Shown: piece after piece, positions 12,101 through 26,565 of the stretch | Numbering within the stretch: position 1 is the first letter of the stretch | Layout of the letters: every line of letters begins with the position of its first letter | Origin: the human T2T-CHM13v2.0 reference genome, Homo sapiens | Length of the DNA: 64,000 nt | Direction: 5' to 3' (one strand) | Assembly: GCF_009914755.1 (NCBI RefSeq) | Contig: NC_060925.1 | Notes under the pieces: generated by a model | The model's database searches: none | Seen by the model: only the letters and a program-made list of their open reading frames with translations | What the model was told of the DNA's origin: nothing | Translations under genes and position numbers: made by a program

Positions 12101-14199
12101 GTGTTATCTTGAATTTCTTTGATTTTTCTGAACACAGTTATTTTGAATTCTCTTTCTGAAGTTTCACATATCTCTGTTTCTTCAGGAATGGTCCCTGGTG
12201 TCTTATTGAGTTCATTTGGTGAGGTCATATTTTCCTGGATGGTGTTGATGCTAGTAGATGTTTTTCGGTGTCTGAGCATCAAAGAGTTAGGTATTTACTG
12301 TAGTTTTCACTGTCTGGGCTTATTAGTACCTGTCCTTTTTGGGAATGCTTTTCAGATATTTGAAAGGACTTGGGTGTTAATCTAAGCTGTATCTACTTTA
12401 GGGGCAAGCTCCTCAAGCCCAGTAATGCTGTGGTTCTTGCAGACTCATAGAGGTACTGCCTTGATGGTCTTGGATAAGATCTGGGAGAATTCTCTGGATT
12501 ACCATGCAGAGACTCTTGTTCTCTTTTCTTACTTTCTCCCAAACAAACATTCTCTCTCTCTCTGTCCTGAGTTTCTCCTAAACAAACAGTCTCTCTCTGT
12601 CACCACTCCCTGGCTACTGCCTATGTTCACTCAGGCTCTGGAGCTGTACCATCAGCAGGTGGCAAAGCCAGCCATGCCTGTGTCCTTCCCTTTAGGGTGG
12701 GGAGGTCCCTCAGACCCCAGGGTTGGAGGTTCAGAGGTGCCATCCAGGAGTCAGGGACCTTAGAATTCTACCTGTTGTTCTGTCATACTGCCCCTGAGCT
12801 GGCAGTTGAACCACAAGACACAGTTCTTCCCACTGTTCTCTCCACTTTCCAAAGGCAGAGGAACCTCACCCCATAACTACCACCCACCCAGGCTACGAGG
12901 AGTACTGCCAGACTACCATAATATTCCTTTAAGGTCCAAGGGCTCTGAAGTCAGCTTGTGATGAATGCTTCCTGGCCTGGGACTCAGGCTTCAGGGCAGT
13001 GGGCTCCCCATTTGGCCAGGGCAGGTTTAGAAGTGCTGTCCAAGAGTCAAGTTCTGGAATCAGGGACTATAAGAGCCCACTTAGTGCTCTACTTCCCTGT
13101 GGACATGCTAGAACCTAAGGTGCAAGACAAAGTCCCCTTTACTTTTTTCTCTGTTTTTCTCAAGCAGAAGGAGTTTTTTCCCATAGCCACTACAGCTAGA
13201 AATGTGCTGAGTTTCATCGGAAGCCAGCAAGTCTCAGGGGCTCACCCAAGGCCCTTGATGTAGTACCTGGGTATCACTGCTGGTTATTTCATGTCCAAGG
13301 CTCTTCAGATAGCAGGTGATGAACGCTGCTGGGATTGGGTTTTTTCCTTCAAGGCAGTGGGTTCCCTTTTGGCTCAGGTTGTATCTAGAAATGTCTAGGA
13401 GCTATGGCCTGGAATGGGGACCTCATGATTCTGATGGTGCCCTATCTTGCTTTGGCAGAGCTGGTATCCAAGATGTAAGACAAAGTCTTCCCTACTCTTC
13501 CTCTCCTCTCCTCCAGTGGAAGGAAGGGTGTCTTTTGGAGCTGTGAGCTATGCAGACTGGGGTTAGGGGAGGGGTGATACTAGCACACCCCTGGCTGCCC
13601 CAGCTGATGTCTCAGTATGTCATGTTTCCCCCCAGTCCACTGTCTCTGGGCCTAGTTCATCACTATGACTTGCCTAAGAGTTGCAGTCCTTATGGTCTAG
13701 ACTGCCTTTCACATTTACTTGTACATAGCACTGTAGCCCTTGGTGGCAAGGTCTGCAGGAACTCAAATTTGTACCGCTGGGGTCAGGGATTTCCCTTTGG
13801 CCAGGGCTGGTTTAAATGCTCCCTCCATGGGCGGGCATCAGCAGGAGTTGGGTCAGGTTTTGCTATCTCCTCTAACAGGACAGCACTAAGTTCAGTGCCC
13901 CACAGTTGCTGTGTTCTCCCTCCCCCTGTGCCCAGTGATGCTTACCCCACCATGTCACTGATGCCAGGGGTTATAGAGGGGTGGTATTGGCAGTTCAGGA
14001 CTGTTTTTTTTTTTTTCTATCTCTTCAGTGCCTCTTTCAGCAATAAGAAGTTAAAACCAGGACTATGAGTGTTCGCTTGATTTTTGGTTCTTACAAAGGT
14101 TTTCTTTTTCTGTGTAGATAGTTGTTAAATTGATGTTCTTGCACAGGGGACAATTGGTGAAGCTTTCTATTCCCTATCTTCCTCCACCTACCTCTCCCC

Positions 14200-14540
14200 T
14201 TGTCTCTTTTTACACTTTTGAACTTAAAGTCTGTGTTGTCTGATATAAAAATAGCTACTCCTGCTCTGCTTTGGTTTTTATTTGCATGGGATAACTTTTC
14301 TCTTCACTACATTTTTAGGTAAAGTGAGTCTCAGGTGAGTTTCAGGTAAACTTTTCTCCTTACTGGTAAAGTGAGTCTCTTGTAGGGAGCTATAATTGGG
14401 GCGTTGTGTTTTTGTTTTGTTTTGTTTTGTTTTTCTTCCATTCAGCCACTCTATGTCTTTTGATTGAAATACTCAATCCATTTATATTCGAGATATTTAT
14501 CTTTAGATAAAGACTTTTTACTGCCATTTGGTGATTGTTT

Positions 14541-14596
<56 letters not shown>

Positions 14597-15820
14597 TTTC
14601 TTTCTTTTTTGTAGACTTTTTGTTCCTGTCTTACTCTCTTTTAATCTTCCTTTGTGATTAATAATATTTTATAATGGCATACTTTATTTCCTTACTTTTT
14701 ATCTTTTATGTATTTGCTATACTTTTGCATTGTGATTACCATGAGGCTTATGAAAAACATCTTATAAAGGCTGTTTTAACCTGCCAACAGCTTAACTAAC
14801 TGCATTAAAAAAAACTTTACACTTCATCTCCTTCTCCCATATTTACAATTTTTGATACTACAGTTTATATCTTTTTAACCTGTGTATTCTTTTAAAAATT
14901 ATTATACCTATTATTGTTTTTAATAGTTTTGTCTTTTAACCTTCATACTGAAGATGTAAGTGATTTACATACTGCCATTACAGTATTGCATATTTTGTAT
15001 ATTTTACATATTTGCATATTTGTACTTACTTTTTTCAGTAACTTTTATACTTTCAGATCAGTATGTTTTATACTTTCAAATGTTTTTCTTACTAATTAAC
15101 ATTCTTTTCTTTCAGGTTGAAGAACTCTTTAGCATTTCTTGTAAGACAGATCTGGTGACATGATATTCTTTGATTTTTTTCCATCAGTTTTATAATTTTC
15201 CTCATAGATCATGTACATATTTTATTGGATTAATTTTAAGTACTTCTTGTTATTAATATGAATGATACTGAGTTTTAAATTTAAAATTTCAATGGCTTAT
15301 TTGTGGTATGTAGAAAAGCAGTTGACGTCTTGTATATTGACTTTGTATACAGGTAACCTTACTATTCTTGGTTATTAATTCTAAGAAGCTTTTGTTTGTT
15401 TTATCAAATCTTTGGAAATTTCTGCGTATGTCATTATGTCACCTGAAAATAAAGACAGTTTTATTTCTTCCTTCTCAATCTGCATAGCTTTCATTTTATT
15501 TTCTAAGTGTCTTATTGCATTTACTAGGACTTTCTGTACAATGCTCAATAGGAATGGTGAGAAGGGACATTCTTGTTCTCTTCCTGATCTTAGCAAAAAA
15601 GCATCTAGTTTCTTACTATTAACATTAAGATGTTAGTTGTAGGTCTTTGTAGGTGTTCTTTATCAAGGTGAGGAAGTTCTTTTCTATTCTTAGTCTGCTG
15701 GGAGTTTTTATCATGAATAAGTATTGGATTTTGTTAATTGCTTTTATTGATACGATCTTAGGATTTTTCTTCTTTAGCTGTTGATGTGATAGAGTAATTA
15801 ATTGATTTTTGAATGTTCCT
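14200..15820 (-). mobile_element. Continuation of the host L1M plus a further L1M fragment
   Basis: aaagtctgtgttgtctgatataaaaatagctactcc resumes the L1 interrupted at 6656. ORF2 peptide IEKEEIKLSLFSGDI at 15381-15596. Confidence 0.75.
14538..14610. repeat. (TTTC)n microsatellite
   Basis: Long run of tttc units. Confidence 0.95.
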
Positions 15821-16019
15821 CTGCGGTTATTTAGTTAGCACTCTTTACTTTCTCGTGCCTTGCCATTTTGCTTCATCTATTCCCTAATAAAAATCTTCGA
15901 TCACTATGTTTTTGCATCTTTAATATATGAACCACCAGTTGAAGTCCCTGCCTTCAGCTTGCTCACTCTTCAAAAACAGGACATTTGACTGATTTTTGTC
16001 TAAAAATTTTGATGTGGGT

Positions 16020-18230
16020 TTTGATACAGAACCATTGAAAATAAACGGTATGAAGGCATAAATTATATACAACAGAATGAACGTATTTTGAGTGGTAGTT
16101 CACCAGGTTTGAAAAGTGTTATACATCCACATAATCACCACCAGAATTATGATATGAAACATTTTCATCACCCCAGAAACTTTCTCTTATGCCCTTTATA
16201 ACTCATCGTTTCCCCTCACTTGTGGTTCCTGGCAACCAGTGATCTATTTTCTGTCATTATAGTTTTACCTTTTCTTCAGTTTCATATACATGGAATCACT
16301 TAGTACATAGTCTTTTGTATCTGGCTTCTTTACGTAGCATAATGCCTTTTAGATTTATGTACATCATGTTAGCAGTTGGTTCTTTTTTATTGCTGAGTAG
16401 CAATCTGTTGTATAGATATGCTGCAGTTTAGTCATGAGTTAATGGATGTTTGGGTTATTTCTAGCTACTGGCTATCGTGAATTGTTGCGGGAAGTCAGGG
16501 ACCCTGAATGGAGGGACCAGCTGAAGCCATGGCAGAAGAACATAAATTGTGAAGATTTCATGGACATACATTAGTTCCCCAAATTAATACTTTTATAATT
16601 TCTTATGCCTGTCTTTACTGCAGTCTCTGAACATAAATTGTGAAGATTTCATGGACATTTATCACTTCCCCAGTCAATACTCTTGGGATTTCCTATGCCT
16701 GTCTTTAATCTCTTAATCCCATCATCTTCGTAAGCTGAGGGTGTATGTCGCCTCAGGACCCTGTGATGATTGTGTTAACTGCACAAACTGTTCGTAAAGC
16801 ATGTGTGTTTAAACAATATGAAATCTGGGCGCCTTGAAACAAGAACAGGGTAACAGTGATGTTCAGGGAACAAGGGAGATAACCATTAGGTCTGACTGCC
16901 TGGGAGTCGGGTGGAACAGAGCCATGTTTCTCTTCTTACAAAAGTGAATAGGAGAAATATTGCTGAACTCTTTTTCTCAGCAAGGAACAGCCCTGTGAAA
17001 GAGAATGCGTTCCTAGGGGGAGGTCTCTAAAATGGCTGCTCTAGGAATGTCTGAATTATATGGTTGTTGATAAGGGATAAAATAAGCCCCAGTCTCCCGT
17101 AGCACTCCCAGGCCTATTAGGATGAGGAAATTCCTGCCTAGTAAATTTTAGTCAGACTGATTGTCTGCCTTCAAACTCTGTCTCCTGATAAGATGTTATC
17201 AATGACAATGTGTGCCCAGTGGGGCATGAAACTTCATTAGCAATTTTAATTTCGCCCTGGTCCTGTGATCTCGCTCTGCCCCCATTTGGCTTGTGATATT
17301 TTGTTCCCCTTGAAGCATGTGATCTCTGTACCCACACCCTATTCGTACACTCCCTCCCCTTTGAAAATTGCTAATAAAAACTTGCTGGTTTTGTGGCTTG
17401 GGGGGCATCATGGAAACTGCCGACATGTGATGTCTGCCCCGGACTCCCAGCTTTTAAATATCTCTCTTTTGTACTCTTTCCCTTTATTTCTCAGACCGGC
17501 CAACACGTAGGGAAATAGAAAAGAACCTACATTGAAATATTGGGGGTGGTTCCTCTGATAATGAATAATGAATTTGATTACAATTTTTTTGGCAAATATA
17601 TGCTTCCATTTCACTTGGAAAAATACCTACGAATAGGTTCGCTGGGTTGAAATTACCAAGCTACTTTTCCATCCCTACCAGCAATAGATGAATCAGTTGC
17701 TCTATACCCTTGTTAGCATTTGGCCTTACTAGTTTAAAAAAATTTAGCTATTCTAGTGTGTGTGTGTTGTGGTATATTGCAGTATTAATTTGCATTTCCC
17801 TAATGACTAATGTTTTTGTGTATCTTTTCATGTGATTATTTACCATTTGTATATCTTCTTGGTCAAGTGTCTATTTGAATATGTTGCTCATTTGTAAATT
17901 CTGTTACTTGTCTTACTGATTTATTAGAGTTCTTTATATATATTAGACAATTTTTTTATCAGATGTGTTTTGCACATATTTCTTTCATTCTGTAATTTGT
18001 TTTCATTTTCTGAAAAATGTCTTTTGAAGAGTAAAAGTTTAATTTTATGAAGTCTAATTTGGCAATTCTTTTCCTTTATGATTTATATCTTTTGTGTCGT
18101 AATAAATCCTTGCCTAACTCAATGTCACAAAGATTTTTTTCCTTTGCTCCTTTAGATGTTTTATAGTTTAGATTTTACATATAGGTCTGTTATCTATTTG
18201 TTTTTATCTATAATTGCAGGTAGAGGTTAA
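16020..18230 (-). mobile_element. Old L1M 3' portion, interrupted by the MER11 LTR
   Basis: ggcataaattatataca, gaaacattttcatcaccccagaaac and tttgcatttccctaatgactaat motifs. Confidence 0.75.
16483..17560 (+). mobile_element. MER11 solo LTR (HERVK11/HML-8; length suggests MER11C)
   Basis: Starts tgttgcgggaagtcagggacc, contains the repeated gaacataaattgtgaagatttcatggaca and AATAAA near 17373, and ends ggttcctctgata. 6-bp TSD gtgaat/atgaat. Confidence 0.93.
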
Positions 18231-18239
18231 AGTTCCTGT

Positions 18240-18790
18240 TTTTTGGCTTAAAAAACAGAAAACATTTATTTTATGGTTTCTGCAGGTTAGGAATTAAGGA
18301 GTGGCTTGTCTGGGCAGTTCTGGCTAAGACTTTCTCATGAAGAATCAGATACTGTCTGGGCATGTAGTCACCTGAACACTTGACTGGGTGGGGCAAGAAT
18401 CTCCAAAAGCGCTCACTCATATAGCAGTCAAAATGATGCTGTTGTTGGAAAGTAACATCAGTTTCTCTTCACATAAGTTTCTTTAGAGAGGCTGCTTGGT
18501 TGTCCTTATGATATAATGTCTAGCTTTTGCCAGAGAGAGCAACCCAAGAGACCAAGGTGAAAGTTTCAGTGCCTTATATTTCCTAGCCTTAGAGTCATAC
18601 AGTATTACTTACACAGTATTCTGTAAGTCACAGAGTTAAGCCCTTATTTACATTGTGTGATTCTACTGTATTCTATAGAAGACTTCCAAGAACAGTGATG
18701 GGGTCATCTCTATCTCAGCTGACATGAATGGATAAAGAGAAGAGATCACATGCAGGAGATTTTGGGGGCAGATCTAGAAGCTGTGCACAT
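18240..18790 (+). mobile_element. MLT1-type MaLR LTR
   Basis: ggcttaaaaaacag...catttatt...ggttaggaattaaggagtggcttgtctgggcagttctggct pattern. Confidence 0.65.
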
Positions 18791-20169
18791 TATTTTCTGC
18801 TAAGCAAGAACCACAGGGGCAGTTGGGGAATGTAATTGAGCTGTGTGCTCAAGGAGAAGAATAAATAGGTGTGAGAAGCATCTAACAGAAAGTTACTTGA
18901 AAACAAGATTTCAGGTAATGTCATCCAAAAATGCCATTTTTTTTAGAAATGAAAAATACGTGTAACTAGAACTGAGAGAGAATAAAATTGGTAAAATGAC
19001 AGGTGCTACTCCATAAGAATATATTATACACTTCAGTGTCACATCATTTGGCCTTTTGCTCTAATTTAGTGAAAAACAGTTTTCACGTCTGTCCTACTAT
19101 GTTTGAAGAAAGATAACTGATTTGGTTTAAGAATCTGTTTTGTGGCATATATATTAGATATTTAGTATACGTAGATTTATATTTTACTCATTTTAGCCCT
19201 GAGAAATAACTATTATCATCTGTATATTATATATAAGGAAGAAGATTCAAAAAAATTTAAGTAAATCATTTGAGATCATAGGGATAATAAACAAAATTCA
19301 AATCTATGTAAATCTCACCTGAAAGCCCATGATTTTTCATGATAAACAAAATAAAGATACTCTCCTTTAAATCACTGAATCTATATAACTACACTCTTAA
19401 TTGCTTAAAAGATAGTATTTTTAATGTTCCCTTTCCAGATGAGACATTCTAGATCTTATATATTCTTAATATTCTGGATCTGTCTGAAATTGCAGACTTC
19501 TGATAGAAAGATATAATTGAATATAATATGAAAATAGAACATGAAACTGTATCTTCCACTATTGTTTAGGGAGCTTTCATCATATTTGGAAGCATTTTTG
19601 CAAAGTGGTTTCAAGCATGCAAATAAACTAGTATGTTATCAATGAACTCTAGGTATAGATTATTTTAAATTATGTCATCCAGTAGCCACATATACTTCTT
19701 TAAAGGATCAGTTGTAGAAAAATCTACAACTGGAAACCAAAATATTCTCTTCAAAATGTCTTTTAGACAACAAATACACCTTTAGTTTATTCACCATGCA
19801 TTTTTTATGATAAATTACTCAATGTTATTAAAGGCTTGAAAAGGTATTTTATGATCCAGTGATAATTACTTTAGTGGTGAAGAAATCTGAAAGTTGTGTG
19901 GATATGCTCTATAATGGAAGAGTCATTTACTTATGAAAAACAACATTACTAGTAAACTGATAAACTAAGAAGTAAATGGCAAGCCAAATGACCCCACAGT
20001 TTTGGCGTGTTATTAACCTGCAAATTATCCAGAAACATCAACTGCTAGGATCTTAAAATCATGTAGGCGAATCATTGGAAAGTCATTTTTTTTTAGTCTT
20101 AGTAAAGAGCTAAATTAGATCAATATTCATTTTTTCTCATGGCCATTTTGACAGTTGTCTTGAAACAGT

Positions 20170-21070
20170 TATACTGAAATGACTACCTCAAAATGTAAGA
20201 AATGAGGGGTGCAGAAGAGATAGATTAGAGATATTCTGGAGATAAAATTAGTGAGGCTTATAAATGAATTGGATACTATAGATGGCAGAAGAAAGAGAGG
20301 AGAAAGACTCAAAGGTTATAATGCAATTTTTGGTTTAGGTAACTGGATGATCTTGATGCCAGCAAATGAGATAGGAAACACAGGGGGGAGGAAGTGTGGG
20401 TTTGGAGGTGGGAGGAAAATGTATTCAGTTTTAAATATTGATGAGTTTGAGTTCACTGTGGAACACTGAAATGGAACTATTTTTCAGTTATTAGAAATAG
20501 TCTTAAACTGTGAGAAAAACTTTACAACTGGAGATAAAGTCTTCAGAGTCATCAGTATGAAGCAATGAGAATGGCTGAAATTATCTTTGAGGAAAATGTG
20601 GGAGAGGTGGGTTAAAAGTAGATGTTAGGACATCACTAACATTTAAGGGGTAGGTCCAGGAAGAGAAAGCCCTAGCTAAAGGATCTGCAGAAAAATGATG
20701 ACAATATGAGAGCCAAGACAGGGATAGAATAAGGGATGGAGATTGTCAAAGAAGAAGTGATATTCGGTGTTGTCAAATAAACAAGGAGGTTTAATAAGAT
20801 AAAGACCAAAATCTGTTCTTACAAGTTCATTAGTTTGGGGGGATTATGGAACCTCTACAAGGGTGATTTTAATAAAACTGGGAAAGAAACCTCATTGTAG
20901 TGCATTGAGGATTGACTAAAGATAAGGAAGGAGAGAACAGTGTTTAAGTAACTCTTTTAAGAAATATAAGAAGAGGAAAGAGATTAGATTGAGAATACTG
21001 AATTATTTCTGGCCAAGAGAGGACAATTTTAGGGTGTAAAAGACTTGAGCTTCTATGTGGTTAGAAAGGA
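20170..21070 (-). mobile_element. L2 LINE fragment
   Basis: Purine-rich antisense L2 motifs (tgagataggaaacacagg, gatgagtttgag). Confidence 0.6.
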
Positions 21071-23917
21071 AGAACTAAAAATAGAGAGAAGTTCACCCAT
21101 CCTGCACTTAACCATACAGTTTCCTGACATGCTTCTGTGTCTTAGGAAATGCTATTTACTCTGCTTAGAGTTTTTTCAACAAAGGCATGTTAATAGTGGG
21201 GGAAAGAAAGTAATTTTAGCATCGTGGCAGTTTCTCAGACATCTTTCAAAATATTTTCTATGACCTTTTTAGTAGGTTACTTTGGCAAATTATATTTAAA
21301 ATGCAATGTGGTTGGAACAAGATGGCAGAGTTTCTTTCTTCACTGATAGTACCCCCACAAAAACATCATTTTGCACAACTATCCACATATGAAAGTACCT
21401 TCATAAAAGCTAAGGGAACCTGAACATGCAACCAAGGCTGTAAAGCCCCCATGAACTGCAAAGATGAATAAACTGTAGTTGGAAGATAAGATTATTGGTT
21501 CTCTGTGACTAAGATGCCTCTTTCTACAAGCCATTACAGTACCACACGTGGAAGTTTCTCCTGGACTCATGGTTTCTATATTGGAAAAAATGAGTTGGAG
21601 CTGCACATTTGGCTTCCCCACAATCCTGGGTCCCTTCACAGGAGGCTCACTTCTGCACTGGCCCATTGGGAGCAACACAAGTCCTGATGGGGCCCAACCA
21701 TCTGAGGCCAGCTAGGAACAAACAGAAGATGTGGGACTAGCAGCAGCCGGTGTGTGGAACTTGGAAGTGGCTCATGATACCTGCCATAGGAGCTGCACTA
21801 AAGGGGCCGTTTATGGGCATCATGCTGCAAGAAGCACATTCCACAGATCCTCTGGACTTGAGGGCCTGACTGGCTCTCCCACATGGCCTAGGGGCCCTTC
21901 AGGGACCTTCCGTGGGTCTATCCTTTGCATCAGTGACAGAGCCATTGTGAGACTCGTGTCTAACCTGGGCTTAGGGTGCCTTCTAGCACTGAAATAGAAT
22001 ACAGCAGTCAGCTCAGATTCCTAAACAAGCCCACTAAAATAGACTGATCACAAACAAACCTAGACTACAAAGACTAGAATAAATATCTAATTTGTTAATG
22101 AGTAGACAGAGATGCATGTCCACAAATAATAGGAATATACTAGGAAAAATGGCCTCACCAAAAGGACAAAGCAAGGTCCTAACAACTGATCCTAAACCAT
22201 GTAGATGAATGATCTGGTGGACAAAGAATTCAAAATAGTTCTTTGAGTAAAACTCAGTGAACTTCTAGAAAACAGAAACAATTCAGAAATTTATCAGAGA
22301 AATCCAACAGAGAAATTGGGAATCATATAAAAAATCAAATAGAAATCCTGGAGTTGAAGGATATAATAAACAAAATGAAAAATGCAATAGAGGGCATCAC
22401 CAGCAGAATTCATCAAGCAGACGAAAAATCAGCTCGAAGACAGGCTCTTCAAAACTATATAGTTGGAGGAGAAAAATGAAAAGTGGAATTAGAAGGTATG
22501 AAGAAAACTGTTAGGATTTATGGGGCACCATCAGAAGAGCAAATCTGTGTATCATTGATGTTCGAGAGGGACTGGAGTAGGGGAAGGGGATAGAAAGCTT
22601 TTTCAAAGAAGCAATAAAAGAAAATTTTTGAAAACTGGAGAAATATACAAATATCCAGGTATAACAAGACTAGATTTACCAATCAGGTTTAACCCAAATA
22701 AAACAACTATAAGATATATTAGAAACAAACTGCCAAAGACAAAGAGTGGATATTGAAAGCAGAAAGAGAAAAGCAAATAACAAATAAGGGAATTTCCATA
22801 CTCCTGGAAGCAGGCTTCTCAGCAGAAACCTGACAGATGAGAATGAGTAGAATGATATATTCAAAGTGCTGAAGGGAAACAATCAAACAAACGAGAAACC
22901 TGTCAACCAAGAATACTGTACACAGTAAAGCTATTTTTTTTAAATGAAGGAAATCTGAAGGCATTCTCAAACAAAAGCTGAGGGAATTCCCTGTAACCAG
23001 ATCTGCCTTGCAAAAAAAGGTGAAGAGAGTTTGTCATACTGAGAGAAAAGGATGCTACTGGGTAACATGAAAAAAATCTGAAGATATAAAACCCACAGGA
23101 AAAAGTAAGTGTCCAGGCAAATTCAACATACTCTAATGCAGTGATTGTGGGACATAAACCACTTATGGTTTAACCTTCGTTGTTAGGAAGGGTTAAAAGA
23201 CAAAACAAAAATAATAGCAACTACAATAATTTGCTAAGGTATAAAAAGATGTAAATTATGTATATAATAAGGTATAATAATATAATAAGGTATAAAAAGA
23301 TGTATATAAAAAGATGTAAATTATGATATCAAAACATGAAATATGGGAGAGCAATGGAGTTAGTGTTTTTTTTGAACAAAATTGTCAGCTTAAAATAATA
23401 TAACTGTAAGATGTTTTTTGTAAGTCTCATGGTAACTACAAAGCAAAACCTTTAATAAATACAATACAAATAAAAAGTAAGAAATCAAAACATACTGATA
23501 GAGAAAACCTCCTACCTGGAAAGGAAGACAGTAAGAAGAGAGGAACAAAGGTTCTGCAAAACAAGCAGAGAACAAGTTGATAATATGGCAGCATCAAGTC
23601 TTTACCTATTAATAATTAACTTGAGTGTAAATTGATTAAATTCTTCTTTGAAAAGACGCAGAGTGGCTAATGGATAGAAAAATAAGACCTAACTATATGC
23701 TGCCCCCAAGAGACTCACTTCACCCTTAAGAACATGTGTAGACTGAAAATGATGGATGGGAAAAGGTATTCCACGCAAATATAAACTAAAAGAAAGCAGA
23801 AATTCCTATATTTCTATCTGATAAATGGAATACAAGTAAAAAATTAGAAAAAGAGGCAAACAGGGCCATTATGTAATGTTAAAGGGGACAGTAGAGCAAA
23901 AGGATATAACAGTTGTA

Positions 23918-23921
23918 AATA

Positions 23922-23979
<58 letters not shown>
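23918..23979. repeat. (TA)n microsatellite
   Basis: About 30 TA units with two interruptions. Confidence 0.95.
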
Positions 23980-24296
23980 CCCAACATCAGAGCACTTAAA
24001 TATATAAAGCAAACATTAATAGAGCTAATGGAATATATTGGAATACAGTAATAGTAGGGAATTTCACCTCACTTTCAACAATGGACAGATCATCCAGACA
24101 GAAAATTAACATAGAAAAACTGAATTTAAACTGTACTCTATACCCAATGGACCTAACAGACATTTATAGAACATTCTGTCCAACAGCTTCAGAATTCACA
24201 TTCTTCTCAACTGCATATGAAACATTCTCCAGAATAGATCATATCTTAGGCTACAAAATAAGGCTTAACAAATTCAAAAAAAGTGAAATTATATCA

Positions 24297-24740
<444 letters not shown>

Positions 24741-26252
24741 AAAAGTTTCTTAAGACAAATGATAATGGAAATGCAGTATACCAAAATAGCAAAAGCAGTC
24801 CTTAGAGGGAAGTATACAGTAATAAATGCCATCATTAAAAAAGAAGAAAGATCTCAAATAAACAACCTAACTGTCTACCTCAAGGAACTAGGAAAACTAA
24901 CACGTCTCAAGGAACTAGGAAAACAAAATTGAGAGAAGGAAAGAAATAATAAGGATCAGAGCAAATATAAATGAAATAAAGACTTAAAAATACAAAAAAA
25001 AAAACCCAGGAAACAAAAGTTTATTTTTGAAAAGATAAAATTGACAAACCTTTATGCAGACTAAGAAAATAAAAGAGACTAAATAAAATTAGAAATGAAA
25101 AAGGAATCATTACAACTGATACCCTAGAAATGCAGTGGATCATAAGAAACTGCTATGAACAATTATATGCCAACAAGTTGGATAACCTAGGAGAAATGGA
25201 TAAATTTTTGAACGCATACAACCTACCAAGCTTGAGTCAAGAAGAAATAGAAAATCTGAACAGACTGATGTTGAGTAGCAAGATTGAAGCAGTAATAAAG
25301 CCTCCCATCAAAGAAAATTCAAGGACCTGATGGTTTCACTGCTGAATTCTAGAAAACATTTGAAGAACTAATACAAATTATTCACAAAATATTCTAAGAA
25401 ACTGAAAATGAAGGAACTCTTTCAAACCCATTTTATGAGACCAGCATTGTCTTGATTTGAAAACCAATCAAAGACACAACAAAAGAGAAAACTACAGACT
25501 GGTTTTCCTGATGAGTATAGTTGTAAAAAAAATAAAATACTAGCAATAAAGATTCAAAAGCCCATTAAAAAGGTAATTCACCATTATCTAGAAGGATTCA
25601 ACCCAGGAATGTAAAGATGGTTTAACATAAGCAAATCAGTAAATGTGATACATCACATTAACAGATTGAAGGATAAAACTATGTGGTCATTTCAATTGAT
25701 ACAGAGAGAGCATGTGACAGACTTCATCTTTTTGTGATAAAGCTTCCAGCAAATTATGTTCAGAAGGAGTATACCTCAACATAAACAAGGCTAGATATGA
25801 TAAAACCACAGCTAACATCATATTAAACAAGGAAAATTTCATAATAATAATTTTTTTTTAAAAAAAGACTGATTTGAATAATAATAAAGCTTTGGTCTCC
25901 TGCAAAAAAAAAAAAATTGAAAACTTTTTCTCTGATTTCTGGAACAAGATGTGGATGCTTACTTTTACCACTGCTATTCAATATAGTCCTGGAAATTCTA
26001 GCCAGAGCAGTTAAGCAAGAGAAAGAAATAAAAGGCACCCAAATTAACAAGGACGAAATCAAGTTGTCCCTGTTTGCAGACAATATGATTATCTATACAG
26101 AAAACCCTAAAGACTCCACCAAAAACTCTTAGAACTAATAAACAAATTCAGTAAAGTTGCAGAATACAAAAAGCAAAATGCAAAAATCAGTAGCATTTCT
26201 ATACACCAATAGGAAACGTATTTGAAAAATCAAGAAAGAAATCCTATTTATA

Positions 26253-26565
26253 AGTCAGATGCAGTGGCTCATGCCTGTAATTCCAACACTTTCGGAGGCT
26301 GAGGCAGGAGGATCTCTTGAAGGCAAGAGTTTGAGACTAGGCTGGGCAACATTGGGAGACGTTGTCTCTACCAAAATAAAAATAAAAAAATTAATAGGGC
26401 ACAGTGGCACCCACCTGTAGTCCCAGCTACTCAGGAGACTGAGGGAGGAGGATTGCTTGGGCCCAGGAGTTTGGCACTGGAGTGAATTGTTATTGTGCCA
26501 CTGCACTCCACCCTGAATGACAGAGTGAGACTCTGTCTTTAAACAAACAAACAAACAAACAAAAC
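26253..26565 (+). mobile_element. AluJ element
   Basis: ggaggattgcttgggcccaggagtt right-arm J diagnostics; (CAAA)n tail. Confidence 0.9.

Noticed and set aside
13550-14068. 172-aa ORF
   Set aside because: It lies antisense to an L1 5' UTR and has no recognisable domain or splice context.
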